From an uncultured Candidatus Binatia bacterium (GTDB lineage: Bacteria; Desulfobacterota; Binatia; UBA9968; JAJDTQ01), in NCBI GenBank assembly GCA_965242525.1, contig OZ251459.1, positions 2,656,001 through 2,720,000 on the forward strand: a stretch of DNA of 64,000 bases. Reading direction: 5' to 3'. Positions 47,741 to 56,569 of this stretch are shown one piece after another. A program made the translations under genes and the position numbers. Positions within the stretch are counted from its first letter, which is position 1, and each line of letters opens with the position of its first letter. The notes under the pieces are model-generated. The model was not told where the DNA came from. It searched no databases and saw only the letters and a program-made list of their open reading frames with translations.

Positions 47741-48504
47741 GCCTCTCGGTGCGGCACGCCCTGGCGGTGTGGCGGCGGAACGCCACCATGTACCGCCGCA
47801 CCTGGAGGTGGAACATCCTCCCGAACTTCTTCGAGCCGGTCCTCTACCTGGTGTCCATCGGCGTGGGCCTCGGGGCCTACATCACCACCATGGGCGGGGC
47901 CTCCTACATCGAGTTCCTGACCCCCGGGCTGGTTTGCGTGGCCGCCATGAACGGCGCGAGCTTCGAGGTGACCTACAACGTCTGGGTGCGCATGAAGAAC
48001 GAGAAGATCTACGACGCCATGCTGACCACGCCCATCCAGCCGGTGGACGTGGTGGCCGGCGAGGCGGCCTGGGCGGTCACGCGGTCGTCCGTCTATGGCA
48101 TGTGCTTCTTCCTCGTGGCGGCCCTGGCCGGGCTGGCGCCCCTGCCGCAGGCCCTCTGGGCGCTCCCCGTAGTGCCCCTGACCGGCCTCCTCTTTGCGTC
48201 CGTCGGGCTGGCCTTCACCCTGCGCATCCCCCAGATGGAGCTCTTCAGCTTCTACTACACCCTCTTCCTCACCCCCCTCTTCCTCTTCTCCTCGGTGTTC
48301 TTCCCCCTGGAGGAACGCCTGTCCGGTCCCTGGCTCTGGTTCGCCGAGGTCCTGCCCCTGCTCCACCCTGTGCGGCTGGTCCGCGCCGCGTTCGAGGGCG
48401 CGCCCTCCATCGGACTGCTCTGGGACTTGGCCTATGTCCTGGGTTTGTCAGCGGTGCTGCTCGCCTATGCTGTCCGCCGTATGAGGCAGAGGTTGATCCA
48501 GTAG
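47737..48504 (+). CDS. ABC-2 exporter permease (NodJ-like)
   Basis: GTGA overlap; EPVLYL..G.GLG, YIEFLTPG, TPLFLFS.VFFP. Confidence 0.9.
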   Translation: MSLSVRHALAVWRRNATMYRRTWRWNILPNFFEPVLYLVSIGVGLGAYITTMGGASYIEFLTPGLVCVAAMNGASFEVTYNVWVRMKNEKIYDAMLTTPIQPVDVVAGEAAWAVTRSSVYGMCFFLVAALAGLAPLPQALWALPVVPLTGLLFASVGLAFTLRIPQMELFSFYYTLFLTPLFLFSSVFFPLEERLSGPWLWFAEVLPLLHPVRLVRAAFEGAPSIGLLWDLAYVLGLSAVLLAYAVRRMRQRLIQ

Positions 48505-48557
48505 GGGGGCGCGTGAGTGGGCGGTTCCTTCGGGGGGTTGGGCGGGGTAGGAGAAAC

Positions 48558-48605
48558 GGCAATGGATTTTTTGGCAAAGAATCTATTGCCAAAAAATCCA
48601 TTGCC
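48558..48605. repeat. Perfect 20-bp inverted repeat at the left edge of the island
   Basis: GGCAATGGATTTTTTGGCAA-agaatcta-TTGCCAAAAAATCCATTGCC. Confidence 0.9.
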
Positions 48606-48707
48606 AAAGGCCCGGATCGGGCAAACGCCGATTCAGGCCCGCAACGTCTTCCACTGCCTTGCGGAGGCATGGAAGCCGATTTGCCTTGCATTGGGCAGCT
48701 CTTCCCC

Positions 48708-48736
48708 TTGACATGATTGTTAGATATAATTAACGT
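48708..48736 (+). promoter_or_regulatory. TA promoter with overlapping palindromic operator
   Basis: TTGACA-N17-TAACGT; GTTA-N8-TAAC palindrome; start codon GTG 7 nt downstream (possibly leaderless). Confidence 0.55.
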
Positions 48737-48742
48737 ACCTGG

Positions 48743-49072
48743 GTGGAATACGAGACACTCAAGCTTCGCTTGGATACCGGACAGGTTCCCTTTGAAGAGT
48801 GGCTTGACGGCCTTGGCGATCCTGTCGTGAAAGCACGAATCCTTGCCGCGATCAGGAAGATGGCTGTCGGCAACTTCGGCGGAGCAAGGTCCATCAAGGG
48901 GTCGCCAGGGGTGTTCGAGTATCGTGTCGATGCCGGTCCGGGGTATCGGATATACTACCGTCTCAAGGGTCGAACCGTCGTCTTGCTGTGGGGTGGCACG
49001 AAGGGCACTCAGACGCGGGACATCGAACGCGCGAGCCTCTTTGCCAAGCGCTTAGACAGCGGGGAATGTTAA
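48743..49072 (+). CDS. Type II TA toxin, RelE/ParE addiction-module killer family
   Basis: FEEWL, GNFG, GVFEYRVDAGPGYRIYY, LLWGGTKGTQ.RDI. Confidence 0.92.
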   Translation: MEYETLKLRLDTGQVPFEEWLDGLGDPVVKARILAAIRKMAVGNFGGARSIKGSPGVFEYRVDAGPGYRIYYRLKGRTVVLLWGGTKGTQTRDIERASLFAKRLDSGEC

Positions 49073-49093
49073 TGGTCAGAGGGAGGGTTGCCA

Positions 49094-49393
49094 ATGGCCA
49101 GTGCAACGACCGAACGATTCGATGTAGCCGACCACCTCGACACTCCTGAAGAGGTCGCCGCCTACCTGGAGGCTATCCTCGAAGAAGGGGACGACAGGCT
49201 GTTGCTGCTTGCGCTCCGCGATGTCGTCAAATCAAAGGGGTTTGCCAATGTCGCCAAGAGGGCCGGTTTGCGACGGGAGACCCTGTACCAGGCATTGTCG
49301 GAGGACGGCAATCCCCGCCTCTCCACCTTGTGCGGCGTCCTCGGGGAGTTGGGCATGCGGCTCAGCGTGGCGCCTCTGGCGAAAAGCGCCTGA
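49094..49393 (+). CDS. Addiction-module antidote (HTH antitoxin)
   Basis: FDVADHL, AYLEA, VAKRAGLRRETLYQALSEDGNPRLST. Confidence 0.92.
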   Translation: MASATTERFDVADHLDTPEEVAAYLEAILEEGDDRLLLLALRDVVKSKGFANVAKRAGLRRETLYQALSEDGNPRLSTLCGVLGELGMRLSVAPLAKSA

Positions 49394-49439
49394 GCCGCGG
49401 GTGCTATGGTGCAAAAATCACTGAATCCGGGTACACGCC

Positions 49440-49703
49440 ATGCCTCGTCTGACCATCCGTTTGACCGACGCTACGCATAGAGCGCTGAAGGAAGCCGCGG
49501 TCCGACAGAACCGTTCCATGGGTTCCATCATCGAGGAGAGCCTGGAACTGAGAGGCATCCGGCCCTACGACACCGTCAGGGAGATCGTCGCCAAGGCGCG
49601 GGCCAAGTCCGGGTTGAGCGCTGGCGACGCGATGGCTCTGGCAGTCGAGGAAACGCGGCGTCTGCGCCACGGGCAAGTGAAAGATTATCGGCGTCCGGCG
49701 TAG
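49440..49703 (+). CDS. Ribbon-helix-helix (CopG/HicB-like) protein
   Basis: MPRLTIRLTDATHRALKEAA..SMGSIIEESL. Confidence 0.75.
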   Translation: MPRLTIRLTDATHRALKEAAVRQNRSMGSIIEESLELRGIRPYDTVREIVAKARAKSGLSAGDAMALAVEETRRLRHGQVKDYRRPA

Positions 49704-50182
49704 CGGGCCAAGCGGTGACGTACAGCGGCCTTGGGAAGGCGGCAACGTGGATGGCGCGAGATCGTGGTCAAGGCGTCGTGCAGTTCCTCAAGGCTGGCCG
49801 CGGCCGCATCCTGTATCTGGTCGAGAAGCCATAGCAGGCCGTGGCACTCTACGCCTTCTTCGGCCGCGGACCTGCGAAGTGCGGCATCGCCGCTCAGCAG
49901 TATCCAGGCCCGTGTTCGGGCGAGCTCCAGGGCAAAGCAGTCGGGCAGGGAAAGCACAGGCGCTCGCTGTCGATAGGCAAGGGCGCGCCGGACGCCGTCG
50001 CCATCCAATTCTTCCACTGCGAGGCCAAGCTCAATGAGTTCCTCGCCACCGTGGTTCTTCAGTTCACGCTCGTAGAGCAGGTCCGGGACGGCGAACCGGA
50101 ACGGCAGACGGAATGCGGCCCCAAGCAGGGATCCGCGATCGAAGTCAACGAGAACGGAAGTGTCGGAGACGAGCGCCCGCAT
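49685..50182 (-). CDS. PIN-domain (DUF3368-like) protein
   Basis: VSDTSVLVD, LYEREL, LSLPDCF, LLSGDAALR, HGLLWL. Confidence 0.85.
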   Translation of the reverse strand: MRALVSDTSVLVDFDRGSLLGAAFRLPFRFAVPDLLYERELKNHGGEELIELGLAVEELDGDGVRRALAYRQRAPVLSLPDCFALELARTRAWILLSGDAALRRSAAEEGVECHGLLWLLDQIQDAAAASLEELHDALTTISRHPRCRLPKAAVRHRLARYAGRR

Positions 50183-50187
50183 CGGGA

Positions 50188-51276
50188 TCAGTTCCCCGAC
50201 AGGTCTTCGCGTTCGAGAGCGGGCGGTTCGTCCATCCGCCAGTTGAGTTCACGGACGGACAGGCCAAGCAACTCCGCGGCCTTGGCTTCGGAAACGGCTC
50301 CCTCAGCAAGGGCGCGGAACGTGAGTCGCTCGAAACGCCTGGGTTCCTTTCCTTCCTTGGCGCAAGGCTCCTCGTAAGGCGGGGTGCGCCACCCAAGGAG
50401 GCTGAATTCGTTGAACAACCGCCGGAACAGCGTCTCACTGAAGATGCCGAGGTCCTTGCATCGGTACGTGATCGCCTGAACGCTCGCGCCGAAGAGTTGC
50501 TTCAACTGGACAAGTTCGCCCAGAGCGACCGAAGTCCGGTGTTTCCCGATCTTTGCCCACAGGGCTTCGGCGGGCATGAGAAAGGCCCCGGCGAAGCGGT
50601 GCGCGACTTTTTCTTCGTCCAGGCCGGGCGCCGTGTCCACGACAAGGTGTCCAAGCTCATGGGACAGGGTAAAGCGTTGGCGTTCCAGCCAGTCGTGCCG
50701 GTTCACGACGATGACGGGAACTTGGCTCCTTCCGGCTCGGCGGACACGTGCGGTCAGACCGTCGATCTCTTCCGATCCGACGGCAAGCACCTTGATGCCC
50801 TGCTCCTCCAGCAACTCGAAGAGGTCGGGGATCGGGTCGTGACCAAGGCTCCAGTGGTCCCGAAGGCTGCGAGCCGCCCGGTCCGCCTCGGAAACGTCCC
50901 GCACGACAGGATAGGGCGCCTCGCGCGGACGGTTCCACTCCGCGCTCGGAAGCTGAAGCAACTCCTCGACCATGAGGTAACGCTCCAGAAGGTGCAGAAC
51001 GTTGGCCTCGATCCGGGACTCCTCTTTCCTGCTCGCGCCCGTCTTTCTCCTGAACTCCACCGCTTCGAGGACCATCTCCTGGTCGCTGAGCAGGTAGTCC
51101 ACGGAGACGCCAAGGGCGTCCGCCAGCGCGATCAGGACCCCGGAGCTGGGCATGGATTCGTCGCGCTCGTACTTCCCGATGGCCTGGGCCGTGACCCGGT
51201 TTCCAATCTTCGTCTCCAGTTCGCGGAGAGAAAGACCGGCAGCGGAGCGGGCAAGCTTAAGTCTTTTTCCAAGCAT
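50188..51276 (-). CDS. XRE HTH + ImmA/IrrE (DUF955) metallopeptidase fusion
   Basis: RLKLARSAAGLSLREL..IGKYE; RQRFTLSHELGH (HExxH); AHRFAGAFLMP; GGGAGG RBS. Confidence 0.92.
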   Translation of the reverse strand: MLGKRLKLARSAAGLSLRELETKIGNRVTAQAIGKYERDESMPSSGVLIALADALGVSVDYLLSDQEMVLEAVEFRRKTGASRKEESRIEANVLHLLERYLMVEELLQLPSAEWNRPREAPYPVVRDVSEADRAARSLRDHWSLGHDPIPDLFELLEEQGIKVLAVGSEEIDGLTARVRRAGRSQVPVIVVNRHDWLERQRFTLSHELGHLVVDTAPGLDEEKVAHRFAGAFLMPAEALWAKIGKHRTSVALGELVQLKQLFGASVQAITYRCKDLGIFSETLFRRLFNEFSLLGWRTPPYEEPCAKEGKEPRRFERLTFRALAEGAVSEAKAAELLGLSVRELNWRMDEPPALEREDLSGN

Positions 51277-51292
51277 AGGTTTAACCTCCCTC

Positions 51293-51321
51293 TTGACAGT
51301 TTCTAAAATATCTGATAAAAT
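51293..51321 (+). promoter_or_regulatory. Strong sigma70 promoter directed at SIR2-HerA-KTSC
   Basis: TTGACA-N17-TAAAAT with TGn extension; overlaps a minus-strand TTTACA-N17-TATTTT candidate for the XRE gene. Confidence 0.65.
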
Positions 51322-51512
51322 GAATTTTGTAAACTCAAGCGGCGTCAATTTCCCTTTCCTTGGCCGGAGGGTGGGGAATTCCGTATCCTGTGCATTCATG
51401 GAGGCGACAGACTCGAAATCCTAAAGAGCCGTAGTCTTGAAGTCCCCCTTGAAGTCTCCTATCCTGAAGCTGACTTAGCGCGCCGTTACGAAGACTCGAA
51501 TGGGACCCGGAA

Positions 51513-52748
51513 ATGATGGAAACTGATTTTCACAGACCCGCCGTTGTCGTAGATGATCTGCGAGAAATCCTGATGGTCGACAGGCTGCCCGTTGGCTTTC
51601 TTCTCGGGGCGGGTTGCCCATGCTCAATCAAGGTCCCGGACCCAGATGGCTCACCTCTCATCCCGGACGCAAGAGGACTTACAAAGGCAGTCGTAGATCG
51701 GTCTTCCGTCACCGATATGGCTGACTCATTCCAACGCCTCCAAAAGATGCTAGTCGAGGACGGACAAAAGGACCCGACTATCGAACATATGCTAACCCGT
51801 GTTCGTGCGATGGAGACCGTTGTTGGCAACGCTAAAGTACGAGGCTTTTCCGCGTCTGATCTGCAGCAACTGGAGCAGTCGATCTGCCGGACCATCTCCA
51901 GCATGGTAAACAAACAGCTTCCTGAGTCAACGACGACACCCTATCACTCCTTGGTCAGATGGATCGGACAGCGCACGAATAGAACCGTCATTTTCACTAC
52001 CAACTACGACTTGCTTATTGAGCAGGCATTTGAGGCGCTTCAAGCGCCATTCTTCGACGGATTCATCGGTTCCTACCAGCCGGTTTTCGATCAGTATGCG
52101 ATGGAACAGGATGACCTGCCAGCGCGATGGGCTCTGGTCTGTAAGCTCCACGGCTCGATCAACTGGCGATTCATCCACCAGAGAAATACGATCGTGCGAA
52201 GCTTGGACGAAGCAGGAGACGAGCTCCTCATTCACCCTTCGCACCTGAAATATACCGAAAGTAGACGCATGCCGTACCTCGTAATGCTTGACCGCCTCAA
52301 GGCGTTTATAGGGAACGACAGAAAGCCGGCCGCTCTGTTTACGATCGGCTACTCGTTCTCCGACGAGCATATCAATGACACGATTGCGGATAGCCTTCGA
52401 GCCAATCCTTCTGCAGTATGTTATGCGCTTCAGTACGGCAAGCTGTCGGCTTATCCGCAAGTCGATAGCTTGGCCGAACGGTGCTCCAATTTGCATGTTC
52501 TTGCTCTTGATGAAGCGGTGACCGCTGGCCGGCGTTCCTGTTGGGAAACGTGCTCTCGTGAGCAGATAGAACAACTCGATGATGCATTTCGTTCTCCATC
52601 TTCCGAAGAGGAGACTTCCAAAGCTGGCAGCGAGGGCGTCGATGGTGACGAGGTTGCTGTTGAGTTCCGTCTTGGGGATTTCGACATTTTCGGGCACTTT
52701 CTCGCGTCTTTCTCACCCTTGAAAGTACCATCATTAGGTTATAGCTGA
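51513..52748 (+). CDS. SIR2-like NADase (SIR2_2) of the Sir2-HerA/Nezha type
   Basis: FLLGAGC, FTTNYDLLIE, FDGF, KLHGSINW, IGYSFSDEHIN. Confidence 0.92.
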   Translation: MMETDFHRPAVVVDDLREILMVDRLPVGFLLGAGCPCSIKVPDPDGSPLIPDARGLTKAVVDRSSVTDMADSFQRLQKMLVEDGQKDPTIEHMLTRVRAMETVVGNAKVRGFSASDLQQLEQSICRTISSMVNKQLPESTTTPYHSLVRWIGQRTNRTVIFTTNYDLLIEQAFEALQAPFFDGFIGSYQPVFDQYAMEQDDLPARWALVCKLHGSINWRFIHQRNTIVRSLDEAGDELLIHPSHLKYTESRRMPYLVMLDRLKAFIGNDRKPAALFTIGYSFSDEHINDTIADSLRANPSAVCYALQYGKLSAYPQVDSLAERCSNLHVLALDEAVTAGRRSCWETCSREQIEQLDDAFRSPSSEEETSKAGSEGVDGDEVAVEFRLGDFDIFGHFLASFSPLKVPSLGYS

Positions 52749-52757
52749 GGCAACTCC

Positions 52758-54671
52758 GTGAATATCGACCCCACGTTTCTTGGAACTGTTGAGGATGTGT
52801 CCGGTACGACGGTTCGTGTCAGATTGGATGACGCCACGGCCTCTGGCCTTAGCTTCATAGGTGGTCAAAGCTATCGAGTCGGCCAGCTTGGAGGATTTGT
52901 ACGCTTCCCGATGGGGTTCGTGAATCTCTACGGGATAGTATCGCAAGTCGGAGCGAGCGCGGTACCGCAACGTTCGATGGCGGAGTTATCCCAGGACAAT
53001 AGATGGATCACGGTTCAGCTTGTGGGCGAAGTGCGTCCAAACAAGGACTTTCAGAGGGGGATTTCGCAGCACCCCACAGTAGGAGACTCTGCGCATTTGG
53101 TGACCAAAGAAGATCTCGGGACGATCTACCGAAGGCCCAGGGACCCCCGCTATGTTGCAATTGGTCATTTGGCCGCGGCTGAGTCGATTCCGGCGTTGAT
53201 CGACCTGAACGCTCTCGTCACTCGGCACAGCGCGGTCGTAGGAGCTACCGGGTCAGGGAAGTCCACTACTGTGGCTGGCGTTCTGTCGGCGTTAGCCGAC
53301 GGGAATCGGTATCCTTCCGCGAGAGTGCTTATTATCGACATACACGGCGAATATGGGGCTGCACTGGGAAAGAGGGCGGCAATCTATCGTACCAATCCAG
53401 ACGAAGAAAGGGGTGAAAGGCCGCTTCGGGTCCCTTATTGGGCAATGAGCTTGGAGGAACTAATGCCCGTGACGTTCGGGCAACTCGAAGGCCGCGAAAG
53501 GGGAGCCCTGGTAGATCGGATCGTGACCCTCAAGAGGCAGGCGCTTGAAGCTTGCCCGAGGAATGGCGTAGCTGAGGACGATCTAACGGTGGACACGCCG
53601 GTGCCTTTCAGTATTCACAAGCTATGGTTCGACCTTCACTGTGAGATTAACGCAACGCACGTCGAGAAGGCCGGCACGAAACAATCAAGAGAGACATGGG
53701 CCTTGGAGAAGGGAGACGATGGCAGGCCTGTTCAGCCAGGGGATGTGATGAAGGTTGTGCCTCCACGTTTTCGGGGAGCCAAGGATGTAAAGGGCGATGA
53801 GGAGAAAATCCGTCTGAGCAACTCGAACTTGAACATGGGTAGGCCAGTCGATGCTTTGGCGGCAAGATTGCGGGACACGAGATTCGACTTTCTCTTTCGT
53901 TCTGGTCCGTACCTGCCCGACGAGAATGGAAAGGTACAGGCTGACCTCGGCGAGCTGTTGGCTGAGTGGCTAGGAGAGGAACAGCCGGTTACCGTACTGG
54001 ATCTGTCGGGAGTGCCAAGCTCGATCCAGGCGGAGATCGTGGGTACACTCCTTCGTGTGGTGTATGACGCCTTGTTCTGGGCAAGGAACCTTCCCGAAGG
54101 CGGACGTGAGCGCCCGTTGCTGATCGTGTTGGAGGAGGCGCATGCATATCTTGGCAGTGATGTTGAAGGAAGCGCGGCGGCAGGCGTGCGGCGAATAGCG
54201 AAGGAGGGTCGCAAGTATGGCATCGGGGTCATGTTGGTTAGCCAGAGGCCATCAGAGATCGACGCAACGGTTCTTTCTCAGTGCGGGACGATTTTCGCCA
54301 TGAGGCTAGCGAACCGAGAGGACCGCGGAAAGGTGGAAGGGGCGGCGAGCGACAGCTTGGAAGGACTGTTCGGCGTACTTCCAGTGCTGCGGACCGGTGA
54401 GGCCCTGATCGTTGGCGAAGCGGTCAACATACCTATCCGTGCGAACGTTGACCGTGTGCGTCGACCACCGGACAGCGAGGACCCTGCAGTAGTGGTTGAG
54501 GGAGACGAAGAAGACGGGTATGCGGCGCCAGGGGGTTGGAATCAGCGGCGCGACAAGGCAGACTACGATGAAGTTGTCGAGGTGTGGAGGCGACAAAACC
54601 CGCATCCTCGCAGAGTGCTAGAGGCAAGTAAGACAGTAGATGGAGGAGAAAATGATACGTCAACCGGTTAG
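52758..54671 (+). CDS. herA: HerA/FtsK-family ATPase (HAS barrel + DUF87)
   Basis: RHSAVVGATGSGKS, DIHGEY, LEEAH, KEGRKYG, VSQRPSE. Confidence 0.92.
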   Translation: MNIDPTFLGTVEDVSGTTVRVRLDDATASGLSFIGGQSYRVGQLGGFVRFPMGFVNLYGIVSQVGASAVPQRSMAELSQDNRWITVQLVGEVRPNKDFQRGISQHPTVGDSAHLVTKEDLGTIYRRPRDPRYVAIGHLAAAESIPALIDLNALVTRHSAVVGATGSGKSTTVAGVLSALADGNRYPSARVLIIDIHGEYGAALGKRAAIYRTNPDEERGERPLRVPYWAMSLEELMPVTFGQLEGRERGALVDRIVTLKRQALEACPRNGVAEDDLTVDTPVPFSIHKLWFDLHCEINATHVEKAGTKQSRETWALEKGDDGRPVQPGDVMKVVPPRFRGAKDVKGDEEKIRLSNSNLNMGRPVDALAARLRDTRFDFLFRSGPYLPDENGKVQADLGELLAEWLGEEQPVTVLDLSGVPSSIQAEIVGTLLRVVYDALFWARNLPEGGRERPLLIVLEEAHAYLGSDVEGSAAAGVRRIAKEGRKYGIGVMLVSQRPSEIDATVLSQCGTIFAMRLANREDRGKVEGAASDSLEGLFGVLPVLRTGEALIVGEAVNIPIRANVDRVRRPPDSEDPAVVVEGDEEDGYAAPGGWNQRRDKADYDEVVEVWRRQNPHPRRVLEASKTVDGGENDTSTG

Positions 54672-54861
54672 CTCGAGCAACTTGGTAGAGGTCGGCTACG
54701 ACCCCACGAGGCAGATCCTGGAGGTCTATTTCAAGAGCGGCCACACTTACCAGTACTTCGACGTCCCTGAGCGTATCCATGAGGACTTGATGACGGCTGG
54801 GTCTCCGGGTGGGTACTTGAGTCGTGAAGTAAAGGGCAAGTACCGGTACGCCAGGGTTTGA
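54652..54861 (+). CDS. KTSC domain protein
   Basis: MIRQPVSSSNLVEVGYD, LEVYFKSG..YQYFDVP, A.SPG.Y, VKGKY; GGAGG RBS; overlaps herA by 20 bp. Confidence 0.92.
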   Translation: MIRQPVSSSNLVEVGYDPTRQILEVYFKSGHTYQYFDVPERIHEDLMTAGSPGGYLSREVKGKYRYARV

Positions 54862-55053
54862 TCGAAGGGATAGGCCGTCGCTTCGACTGGTGCCGATTCG
54901 CACGTCCGCAAGGCCAAGTATCAGGTAGCAAGCCTTAGGCGTGAGGCACGAGCTTGGAAGGCCGGATGACGGTCTGTTGCTGCGAACCAATGCTAGGGGA
55001 AGCAGTCCCTAAGTCGGTGGGCTGACTTGAGTCCCCTCGGGTTGTCGAAAGGG

Positions 55054-55917
55054 TCATTGGTTGATCCTGGAGTTTGCCGGATCATCTCCGAGTCTTTCCA
55101 GAGCGTCATGCAGTAGCGTGTCAAGTAACCGTCTCCGCGTCGTTTCTCGTTCCATCTGCACCGCTTCCAGCCCATCGCACAGCGCCATCAGTTCATCGAC
55201 CTTGGTGACAATTCGGCTTTGTTCACTAAGGGGCGGAAGTGGGAAAGGTGCGATGATGGCGTCTTCCGTCCGCAATCTTGGCATTTTCGTTCCCTGCCCG
55301 AGTCGCGTCACGTAGGCGACGAAATCGGGGCGCCGCAAGGCCAAGCCGCAATAGTGTGAGCAAATCGGAAGATACGGACGGAGGGCGACAATCTCAGTCG
55401 TTGAGTAGCCTGGTTCGTCTGCAACAATGACCTTGTTCAAGTACGGTCGCAGCTTTCCATAAAGAATATCGCCAACGCGAAATTCGGATTTGGTACTCTT
55501 GGATTCCCTTCCAGATGCTTGAATCCGAGCGAGCAAGTGCCCGGTGTCTTTTTCAACATCTTCAAGTTCCAAGAGCCACAGGTTTTGATCCAACGATACA
55601 GGCTCCCGTTTACTTCCTGCATCGTACAAGAAAAGCTCACCGAGAGCGCTCCATTCCCATGATCGTGGCAACTCGAAAGGGGCTTCGGCCATGCGAGCCG
55701 GATTGACTTTGCTTTTCTTGATCTCCCCCGTCTTCACCAACCGCGCCTTCTCCTCCGCTATCCGCTTCAGCAACCCCGCTGCCGGCTCATCCTTCGGGTC
55801 CTGCGGCACGAGCTTGCCGCGGACCGCTAAATCGAGGATGAAGCGTCGCAGCCGCTCCACGGACTCTGGTGACTGAATCAGCCGGTCGAAATTGCCGAGC
55901 AGTGCCTCGATGCTCAT
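55054..55917 (-). CDS. hsdS: Type I RM specificity subunit, single-TRD (half-size) HsdS, EcoAI/type IB-like
   Basis: LRRFILDLAVRGKLVPQDP.DEPA, PFELP..W.W, LYGKLRPYLNK, PLPPLSEQ.RIV.KVDELMALCD. Confidence 0.9.
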   Translation of the reverse strand: MSIEALLGNFDRLIQSPESVERLRRFILDLAVRGKLVPQDPKDEPAAGLLKRIAEEKARLVKTGEIKKSKVNPARMAEAPFELPRSWEWSALGELFLYDAGSKREPVSLDQNLWLLELEDVEKDTGHLLARIQASGRESKSTKSEFRVGDILYGKLRPYLNKVIVADEPGYSTTEIVALRPYLPICSHYCGLALRRPDFVAYVTRLGQGTKMPRLRTEDAIIAPFPLPPLSEQSRIVTKVDELMALCDGLEAVQMERETTRRRLLDTLLHDALERLGDDPANSRINQ

Positions 55918-56007
55918 GGCGTTCGCGCCTCGCTGCGTTCAGTCTGCGGTCCCAGAAGGTCGAGTCGTTTCCCGGCGTGAGGAGTCAGTTGAGACGGGGT
56001 CGCCATG

Positions 56008-56193
56008 TCAGGTTGCAGTCGAATCCTCGTCCTCGGATCTCTTTGCGGTCTCGATCAGCCGATTCCCGTACTGCTTCTGCATTTCCATGTAGAAGGCCAC
56101 CAACCGCGCAGGATCATGACCAAAACGCGCTGAAATGCGATGCCGCACTTCCCGGATCTCATCGAGGACGGGATCACTCAGGTCCTGTTTCAT
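56008..56193 (-). CDS. Small hypothetical protein of the type found downstream of PIN toxins
   Basis: DPVLDEIREVRHRIS.RFGHD; AGAGG RBS; family context from recall. Confidence 0.65.
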   Translation of the reverse strand: MKQDLSDPVLDEIREVRHRISARFGHDPARLVAFYMEMQKQYGNRLIETAKRSEDEDSTAT

Positions 56194-56248
56194 TACTTCC
56201 TCTAAAGAGTTCCAGCGGGGTCACCAGCATCTCCTTCAACGCTGTCCC

Positions 56249-56542
56249 CTAAGCGATAGGCTGTAGCGTCAGTCGGAGTCCAAGCGCTTTTGCCACTATG
56301 GCCACGGTGGAAAAAGAGGGATTTCCCTCACTCGACAACGCCTTGTACAAGCCTTCGCGGGTCAGGCCCGTATCCTTGGCGATTTGGCTCATGTTGCGGG
56401 CGCGAGCGGCAGCCCTCAATGCCTGCACGATGAATGCAGGATCGTCCTCCGCCTCTTCCAGGCAGGCTTCCAGGTACAGCCGTATGTCTTCGTCAGTCCT
56501 GAGATATTCTGCCGAGTTCCAACGGGTTGTGGAAAGAGCCAT
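56249..56542 (-). CDS. Orphan addiction-module antidote (HTH antitoxin)
   Basis: WNSAEYL, YLEACLEE, MSQIAKDTGLTREGLYKALSSEGNPSF. Confidence 0.92.
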   Translation of the reverse strand: MALSTTRWNSAEYLRTDEDIRLYLEACLEEAEDDPAFIVQALRAAARARNMSQIAKDTGLTREGLYKALSSEGNPSFSTVAIVAKALGLRLTLQPIA

Positions 56543-56569
56543 TGGTCAATCCTCCAGTTTGCCTGCCAA

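Noticed and set aside
46817-48504. NodI/NodJ-like pair as nodulation genes
   Set aside because: No nodABC genes; this ABC-2 subfamily is widespread.
48708-48730. TTGACA paired with a perfect TATAAT
   Set aside because: The spacing is only 11 nt; TAACGT at 17 nt was used instead.
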